Shown here: positions 1-4,582 of the stretch, piece by piece
Numbering within the stretch: position 1 is the first letter of the stretch
How the letters are laid out: each line of letters starts with the position of its first letter
IMG/VR virus record: IMGVR_UViG_2531839237_000015
Direction: 5' to 3' (one strand)
DNA: 4,582 nt
Origin: a virus
Lineage: Duplodnaviria > Heunggongvirae > Uroviricota > Caudoviricetes
Notes under the pieces: model-generated
Database searches by the model: none
Seen by the model: the letters and a program-made list of their open reading frames with translations, nothing else
Told to the model about the DNA's origin: nothing
Program-made: the position numbers and the translations under genes

Positions 1-4
1 TCAT
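1..4 (-). CDS. Start codon of a leftward gene that continues beyond the left window edge (product unknown)
   Basis: Reverse complement of 1-16 reads GACGGAGGATATATGA: GGAGG Shine-Dalgarno (plus 9-13) 4 nt upstream of ATG (plus 4..2). Only the start codon is inside the window. Confidence 0.3.
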
Positions 5-15
5 ATATCCTCCGT

Positions 16-43
16 CAAAAAAATCGCCCTCACATTGGAGGGC
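16..43 (-). terminator. Rho-independent terminator for leftward transcription, downstream of the 83-aa ORF
   Basis: Minus strand reads GCCCTC-caatgt-GAGGGC (6-bp GC stem, 6-nt loop; plus 26-43) followed by GATTTTTTTG (U-tract from plus 16-25). Confidence 0.6.
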
Positions 44-179
44 AAAGAAGATTTCCAATAATCAGAACAAGTCGGCTCCTGTTTAGTTACGAGCGACATT
101 GCTCCGTGTATTCACTCGTTGGAATGAATACACAGTGCTGTGTTTATTCTGTTGTTTATGCCAAAAATAAAGGCCACCA

Positions 180-431
180 TCAGGCAGCCTTGTTGTAAAT
201 GTTGCAGGTATCAAGTAAGTAATTAGATGGAGCGCCATAAATTATGAATTCATCGTTTGTCGGGTCCATCTCCATCTCTTGTCCTATTGCCATTCTTGCG
301 TCAGTGTCGTCAGCGGCGAAGCATAAAACAGCCCACGCACCCATTGTTTTAAAAAGAACTGCAATTGGCTGTGGTTTTACTGAATTTGCGTTAGCGCGAA
401 AATCACAAATCGCACTTTCATGAAATTCCAT
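180..431 (-). CDS. Hypothetical protein, 83 aa, downstream of the N-like gene in the leftward early operon
   Basis: ATG-initiated ORF with a strong RBS (minus strand GAGGTGATAT then ATG). Sits 58 bp after the N-like stop on the same strand. No family recognised. Confidence 0.5.
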   Translation of the reverse strand: MEFHESAICDFRANANSVKPQPIAVLFKTMGAWAVLCFAADDTDARMAIGQEMEMDPTNDEFIIYGAPSNYLLDTCNIYNKAA

Positions 432-489
432 ATATCACCTCAAATAAGTGGTTTGCTGCCTAATTTCATTTTCTGGCGACCAACACAAG

Positions 490-762
490 TCATCTTGCTG
501 TCAGTTGTTTGGATTTACGGTAGCCTGCCGCGTAAAGAGCTACATTTGGAAGACAAGTTGAGCCTTCATATTTTCTGGTCAACGTTGTCAGTGTTATTAC
601 TTCTGCTCTCATTGCTGGTTTGCGTTTGCATTGTAAGACCACTCGTGATGGGGTTGGCCTGTGTAGTTTGTCGGAGCTAATCGCCTCCTGACTTTGCAGG
701 TTTGCGCGACGAGCTCTACGGCGAGAAGCTGCGGTGCCTTTAAATTCTGTTTTTCTGGACAT
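490..762 (-). CDS. N: N-like transcription antitermination protein (P22 gp24-type), 90 aa
   Basis: Arginine-rich motif near the N-terminus (KGTAASRRRARRANLQ) and C-terminal ...PNVALYAAGYRKSKQLTAR, which closely matches the P22 gene 24 C-terminus (...PGVALYAAGHRKSKQITAR) as recalled. Start chosen at the internal ATG (762..760), which has GGAGG 5 nt upstream, rather than the track's longer ORF start at 834. Confidence 0.75.
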   Translation of the reverse strand: MSRKTEFKGTAASRRRARRANLQSQEAISSDKLHRPTPSRVVLQCKRKPAMRAEVITLTTLTRKYEGSTCLPNVALYAAGYRKSKQLTAR

Positions 763-860
763 AGATTCCTCCCGAATAAACTTTGGCGATGCAATCTCGA
801 AGCTCCTCCTGAGACGGTTGCTTCGGCATTGCATCCCACAGCTTATGTGGTTGGGTGATC

Positions 861-905
861 TGGCTTTTCAGCCACGTAGTCGAGAGTCGACGTTGTTTAA
901 AGAGC
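861..905 (-). promoter_or_regulatory. Candidate nutL site (boxA-like plus boxB-like hairpin) in the leader of the N-like gene
   Basis: Minus strand reads GCTCTTTAAACAA (plus 893-905), close to the boxA consensus GCTCTTTAACAA. It is followed 18 nt later by UGGCUGAAAAGCCA (plus 861-874), a 5-bp stem with a GAAA loop resembling lambda boxB. A second small hairpin GTCGA-ctc-TCGAC lies between them. Confidence 0.4.
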
Positions 906-951
906 CTGCCAGTCTGTTCCATTTGGCTTCCAGCGTCCTGCTGATGGTTAA

Positions 952-980
952 ATAGTACGATATGTACTTCACTTGGTCAA
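952..980 (-). promoter_or_regulatory. Candidate pL-like promoter for the N operon
   Basis: Minus strand TTGACC (plus 975-980), 17-bp spacer, TACTAT (plus 952-957), about 185 nt upstream of the N-like ATG. The spacer contains the inverted repeat AGTAC-N5-GTACT (plus 954-968). No lambda-type operator is visible. Confidence 0.3.
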
Positions 981-1159
981 TACAATTTGTTCTAAAACGG
1001 GGCGTTTTTTTACAACGCTTTGTATTTAATAGTATTGTTTTTTAGCGTGGGTGTATTGCCTCGGCGATGTAAGGAGAGATCAGAATTGCGTTGTTTAGTG
1101 AGTTGTATCTATTTATTTTCCAATAAATACAATTGGTTATGTGTTTTTTTGGGCGAGAG

Positions 1160-1187
1160 GAAAAGAAAACCCGGCATGGAGGCCGGG
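1160..1187 (-). terminator. Rho-independent terminator for leftward transcription, downstream of the 173-aa cargo gene (position analogous to lambda tIMM)
   Basis: Minus strand CCCGGC-ctccat-GCCGGG (plus 1170-1187) followed by TTTTCTTTTCC. Confidence 0.55.
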
Positions 1188-1194
1188 TTGATGA

Positions 1195-1317
1195 TTAGCG
1201 GTGTGGCCTTGAGCGATAATGCTCACACACATGTTCAAGATTTCCATGCCTTATCCGTTCATAGGCATTCACATGAACTTCTCGATCGAATTGGTCATTC
1301 AAATTGTATGTAGACAT
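1195..1317 (-). CDS. Possible small ORF (40 aa, MSTYNLNDQFDREVHVNAYERIRHGNLEHVCEHYRSRPHR) ending immediately before the terminator
   Basis: ATG at 1317..1315, stop TAA at 1197..1195, then the terminator hairpin 8 bp further on. RBS is weak (GAGAAA). Found by hand translation; it is below the ORF-track length cutoff. Confidence 0.2.
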   Translation of the reverse strand: MSTYNLNDQFDREVHVNAYERIRHGNLEHVCEHYRSRPHR

Positions 1318-1490
1318 CTGTGTTTTCTCATATTGGCGGCAGCCCTACAACCGCTTGAAAAAATGTACCAGACGCGCTAAGGTTACATCGCAAATATTGT
1401 GTACCTTAACAAGGGCTCCTTTTGGAGGCTCTGGTTAAACAGCATCAATGTCGGACTGGGGAGTTGGACATTGTGCTGAATGCTTTTGCA

Positions 1491-2012
1491 TTATTGAGGC
1501 CGAACGTAAACCTTCAGAATTGAAGAGATGCGTTCGGCTTCTTCGTTTGTGATATCGTTAGGAATGCCTTTAATCGTTACTGTAACCCCTGATTCAGGTC
1601 GAAGAACTACTGGAAGATCATAGGTATGAAGTGCATTAGCCTTGCCTTCGACTTTTGTTGGTTCGCCAGTCAAATCTTTTTCCTCACTGGATTCTTTGTC
1701 AATCGGAGTGTATGGGATTTCTTCACCAGACTGGAAAGCTACAAACTTTTTGATTGCACTTTCCATGCGGCTTTTATATGCAGTAATGCTGCTGTCGCTA
1801 GGCTTCGGCTCAGTTGCGTTGATGTATCGCTCGGCAAGCTCATTCACATCAAGCTGAGTAACATCACCCATTTCCTCTTCTTGGACTACCGTTAAGAGGC
1901 GAGCGGATGAGTTTTTTAAATTTCGAGCGGTGGCCTCCTTCATTATGTTCAGCGACATAAGCTCTTCAAGGAAGTCCTTGAATGCCTGCACGCTAACGTT
2001 TGACTTTGCCAT
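1491..2012 (-). CDS. Hypothetical protein, 173 aa, non-lambda cargo gene occupying the rexA/rexB slot downstream of cI
   Basis: Clean ATG-initiated ORF, the only long ORF between cI and the N operon. Predicted helical N-terminal region, acidic Ser/Glu/Lys-rich linker and a compact C-terminal region (LHTYDLPVVLRPESGVTVTIKGIPNDITNEEAERISSILKVYVRPQ). No similarity to RexA, RexB or any family I can name. Flanked by its own promoter-like and terminator elements. Confidence 0.7.
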   Translation of the reverse strand: MAKSNVSVQAFKDFLEELMSLNIMKEATARNLKNSSARLLTVVQEEEMGDVTQLDVNELAERYINATEPKPSDSSITAYKSRMESAIKKFVAFQSGEEIPYTPIDKESSEEKDLTGEPTKVEGKANALHTYDLPVVLRPESGVTVTIKGIPNDITNEEAERISSILKVYVRPQ

Positions 2013-2044
2013 TTGCTCTCTCTCTAAGTTATTGACTCAGATCG

Positions 2045-2086
2045 AGTTTATCCAGGAATTGATTTGCATGCAAGACTCAAGTCTTG
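2045..2086 (-). promoter_or_regulatory. Candidate promoter and operator-like palindrome upstream of the 173-aa gene
   Basis: Minus strand TTGCAT (plus 2068-2073), 17-bp spacer, TAAACT (plus 2045-2050). Perfect inverted repeat CAAGAC-tcaa-GTCTTG at plus 2071-2086 and the 10-bp palindrome TTGCATGCAA at 2064-2073. Confidence 0.25.
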
Positions 2087-2112
2087 AGAATTTCCGTTCA
2101 AGATCCACTCTC

Positions 2113-2139
2113 AATAAAAAAGGCCGCACCTCTGCGACC
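2113..2139 (-). terminator. Rho-independent terminator for leftward transcription, about 375 bp downstream of the cI stop
   Basis: Minus strand GGUCGCA-gagg-UGCGGCC (7-bp stem including one G-U pair) followed by UUUUUUAUU. The stem is weaker on the plus strand (C-A mismatch, poor T-tract), so it is orientation-specific. Confidence 0.45.
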
Positions 2140-2513
2140 TTTCATCTCCTAAATCTCTTTTCTCTTACCTAAAGAAACAGCAGGCTGGGTCAGCCCTAAC
2201 AACTTCAAGTGCATCGGTCAGAGAAAGCTCCGTGCTATACAGGTGTTATTTCATATCTTTTTGCATCCAATAAATTTTCCATCTGTCCAGAGAGCGGATG
2301 CACTTGATTCTTGTTGATGGCAGGACGTTTTTTCACCTGCCTCACCCTGCCATACAGGACGCTGCTCACCGATATCTATCGTCCGGTCATTGATGTTATA
2401 GACAATATCCAGATCATTACGGATATACTCAGATGGCCTTATGCTTTCAATGAATAGATGAACTTCTTTTTGACCGCTTGATACTCATGGCCATTAAACT
2501 CCATCTATCCTCT

Positions 2514-3230
<717 letters not shown>

Positions 3231-3237
3231 TTAAATC

Positions 3238-3303
3238 TATCACCGCAAGGGATAAATATCTAACACCGCGCGTGTTGACTGCTTTACCTCTGGCGGTGAT
3301 AAT
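3238..3303. promoter_or_regulatory. Right operator OR3-OR2-OR1 with divergent promoters pRM (leftward, cI) and pR (rightward, cro)
   Basis: OR3 TATCACCGCAAGGGATA (3238-3254), OR2 TAACACCGCGCGTGTTG (3261-3277), OR1 TACCTCTGGCGGTGATA (3285-3301). pR -35 TTGACT (3275-3280) and -10 GATAAT (3298-3303). Near-identical to lambda OR. Confidence 0.92.
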
Positions 3304-3318
3304 GGTTGCATGTACTAA

Positions 3319-3528
<210 letters not shown>

Positions 3529-3535
3529 ATAACCC

Positions 3536-3567
3536 CGCTCTTACACATTCCAGCCCTGAAAAAGGGC
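3536..3567 (+). promoter_or_regulatory. nutR (boxA and boxB); the rho-dependent tR1 region follows, about 3570-3640
   Basis: boxA CGCTCTTA (3536-3543) and boxB GCCCTGAAAAAGGGC (3553-3567), exactly as in lambda nutR. Confidence 0.85.
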
Positions 3568-3624
3568 ATCCAATTAAACCACACCTATGGTGTATGCATT
3601 TATTTGCATACATTCAATCAATTG

Positions 3625-3670
3625 TTATCTAAGGAAATACTTACATATGGTTCGTGCAAACAAACGCAAC
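3625..3670 (-). promoter_or_regulatory. pRE promoter region with CII binding site (TTGC-N6-TTGC), leftward
   Basis: Minus strand TTGCGTTTGTTTGC at plus 3656-3669, overlapping the first cII codons, as in lambda pRE. Confidence 0.6.
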
Positions 3671-3940
3671 GAGGCTCTACGAATCGAGAGTGCGTTGCTT
3701 AACAAAATCGCAATGCTTGGAACTGAGAAGACAGCGGAAGCTGTGGGAGTTGATAAGTCGCAGATCAGCAGGTGGAAGAGAGACTGGATTCCAAAGTTCT
3801 CAATGCTGCTTGCTGTTCTTGAATGGGGGGTCGTTGACGACGACATGGCTCGATTGGCGCGACAAGTTGCTGCGATTCTCACCAATAAAAAACGCCCGGC
3901 GGCAACCGAGCGTTCTGAACAAATCCAGATGGAGTTCTGA
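3647..3940 (+). CDS. cII: CII transcriptional activator, 97 aa
   Basis: Translation MVRANKRNEALRIESALLNKIAMLGTEKTAEAVGVDKSQISRWKRDWIPKFSMLLAVLEWGVVDDDMARLARQVAAILTNKKRPAATERSEQIQMEF matches lambda CII. True start is ATG at 3647; the ORF-track start at 3587 is an upstream in-frame extension. Confidence 0.95.
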   Translation: MVRANKRNEALRIESALLNKIAMLGTEKTAEAVGVDKSQISRWKRDWIPKFSMLLAVLEWGVVDDDMARLARQVAAILTNKKRPAATERSEQIQMEF

Positions 3941-3962
3941 GGTCATTACTGGATCTATCAAC
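3886..3962 (-). ncRNA. oop: oop antisense RNA with its intrinsic terminator overlapping the 3' end of cII
   Basis: Position is colinear with lambda oop. Minus-strand terminator CGCTCGG-ttgccg-CCGGGCG followed by TTTTTTATT ends near 3886. The exact 5' end is inferred from lambda colinearity. Confidence 0.6.
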
Positions 3963-3972
3963 AGGAGTCATT

Positions 3973-4533
3973 ATGACAAATACAGCAAAAATACTCAACT
4001 TCGGCAGAGGTAACTTTGCCGGACAGGAGCGTAATGTGGCAGATCTCGATGATGGTTACGCCAGACTATCAAATATGCTGCTTGAGGCTTATTCGGGCGC
4101 AGATCTGACCAAGCGACAGTTTAAAGTGCTGCTTGCCATTCTGCGTAAAACCTATGGGTGGAATAAACCAATGGACAGAATCACCGATTCTCAACTTAGC
4201 GAGATTACAAAGTTACCTGTCAAACGGTGCAATGAAGCCAAGTTAGAACTCGTCAGAATGAATATTATCAAGCAGCAAGGCGGCATGTTTGGACCAAATA
4301 AAAACATCTCAGAATGGTGTATCCCTCAAAACGAGGGAAAATCCCCTAAAACGAGGGATAAAACATCCCTCAAATTGGGGGATTGCTATCCCTCAAATTG
4401 GGGGATTGCTATCCCTCAAAACAGGGGGACACAAAAGACACTATTACAAAAGAAAAAAGAAAAGATTATTCGTCCGAGAATTCTGGCGAATCCTCTGACC
4501 AGCCAGAAAACGAAACCAGCGCCGCCTGGGTAG
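3973..4533 (+). pseudogene. O: Replication initiator O, disrupted: lambda-like for about the first 141 codons, then frameshifted by a 23-bp iteron duplication and ending at a stop inside gsk-like sequence
   Basis: N-terminal translation MTNTAKILNFGRGNFAGQERNVADLDDGYARLSNMLLEAYSGADLTKRQFKVLLAILRKTYGWNKPMDRITDSQLSEITKLPVKRCNEAKLELVRMNIIKQQGGMFGPNKNISEWCIPQNEGKSPKTRDKTSLKLGDCYPS matches lambda O. After codon 141 (from 4396) the frame departs from lambda (NWGIAIPQNRG... instead of KQGDTKDTITKEKRKDYSSENSG...). The C-terminal P-interaction domain is absent. Confidence 0.85.
4321..4470 (+). repeat. ori-lambda-type replication origin: five 18-19 bp iterons plus the AT-rich region (lambda has four iterons)
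   Basis: Iterons ATCCCTCAAAACGAGGGA (4321-4338), ATCCCCTAAAACGAGGGA (4341-4358), ATCCCTCAAATTGGGGGA (4365-4382), ATCCCTCAAATTGGGGGA (4388-4405), ATCCCTCAAAACAGGGGGA (4411-4429). Copies three and four are a perfect 23-bp tandem duplication (4365-4387 = 4388-4410). A-rich tract at 4430-4470. Confidence 0.85.
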
Positions 4534-4582
4534 TGGGTATCGATCAAACGCTGGTCGATATTGAAGCGAAAGTGGATGATGA
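4500..4582 (+). CDS. gsk: Internal fragment of inosine-guanosine kinase (Gsk-like), lacking its first ~25 codons and its promoter; continues beyond the right window edge
   Basis: Frame with codons starting at 4503 translates PENETSAAWVVGIDQTLVDIEAKVDDE, which I recall as E. coli Gsk residues about 27-53. Sequence to the left of 4500 is lambda O. Confidence 0.55.

Noticed and set aside
180-431. 83-aa ORF as a Ral homologue
   Set aside because: Only the C-terminal NKAA resembles what I recall of lambda Ral; too weak to call.
420-680. Plus-strand 86-aa ORF, very hydrophobic
   Set aside because: Lies antisense to the N-like gene and overlaps the 83-aa gene start; no RBS; composition looks like an antisense artefact.
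609-955. ORFs 609..839 (-), 734..955 (+) and 740..922 (-)
   Set aside because: They overlap the N-like gene in other frames or cover its leader and nut region; no RBS or recognisable product.
1020-1313. Plus-strand 97-aa ORF
   Set aside because: Starts with TTG rather than ATG, runs through the candidate promoter region and the minus-strand terminator, low-complexity N-terminus; probably spurious.
1626-2172. Plus-strand ORFs 1626..1895, 1642..1857 and 1930..2172
   Set aside because: Antisense to or overlapping the upstream region of the 173-aa gene; no RBS; the 173-aa minus-strand ORF is the better supported reading.
1-2513. Lambda OL operators, rexA and rexB
   Set aside because: Scanned both strands for TATCACCGC / GGTGATA-type sites and for Rex-like ORFs. 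The only partial hit is GGTGATC at about 854-860 inside the N leader, which is not a credible operator. They are absent from this window.
3587-3646. N-terminal extension of cII suggested by the ORF track
   Set aside because: Lambda cII starts at MVRANKRNE (ATG at 3647); the extension runs through the tR1/pRE region.
4321-4429. Possible CRISPR array
   Set aside because: The repeats are ori iterons inside the O gene: 18-19 bp, not identical, with short AT-rich spacers of irregular length and no leader or cas context.

Overview
This window is the immunity region of a lambda-like (lambdoid) prophage, mosaic and apparently defective. All identifications are from reading the sequence and recalling lambda/P22/E. 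coli proteins from memory; no database search was run. Right half (about 2514-4500) is colinear with phage lambda at roughly 98% identity: cI repressor (minus strand), OR1-3 with pRM/pR, cro, nutR, cII with pRE, oop antisense RNA, and the 5' part of replication gene O with the ori iterons. Left half (1-2513) is not lambda: rexA/rexB are absent and replaced by a 173-aa gene of unknown function with its own promoter-like and terminator elements, followed leftward by a candidate promoter, a nutL-like site, an N-like antiterminator of the P22 gp24 type, and an 83-aa hypothetical gene. No lambda-type OL operators were found anywhere left of cI. At the right end, O carries a 23-bp tandem duplication of one ori iteron (five iterons instead of lambda's four) that frameshifts it, and at about 4500-4513 the lambda sequence switches, across a 14-bp shared stretch, into sequence encoding an internal part of E. 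coli inosine-guanosine kinase (Gsk). The best candidate for an undescribed system is the 173-aa cargo gene sitting in the rex (phage-exclusion) slot.
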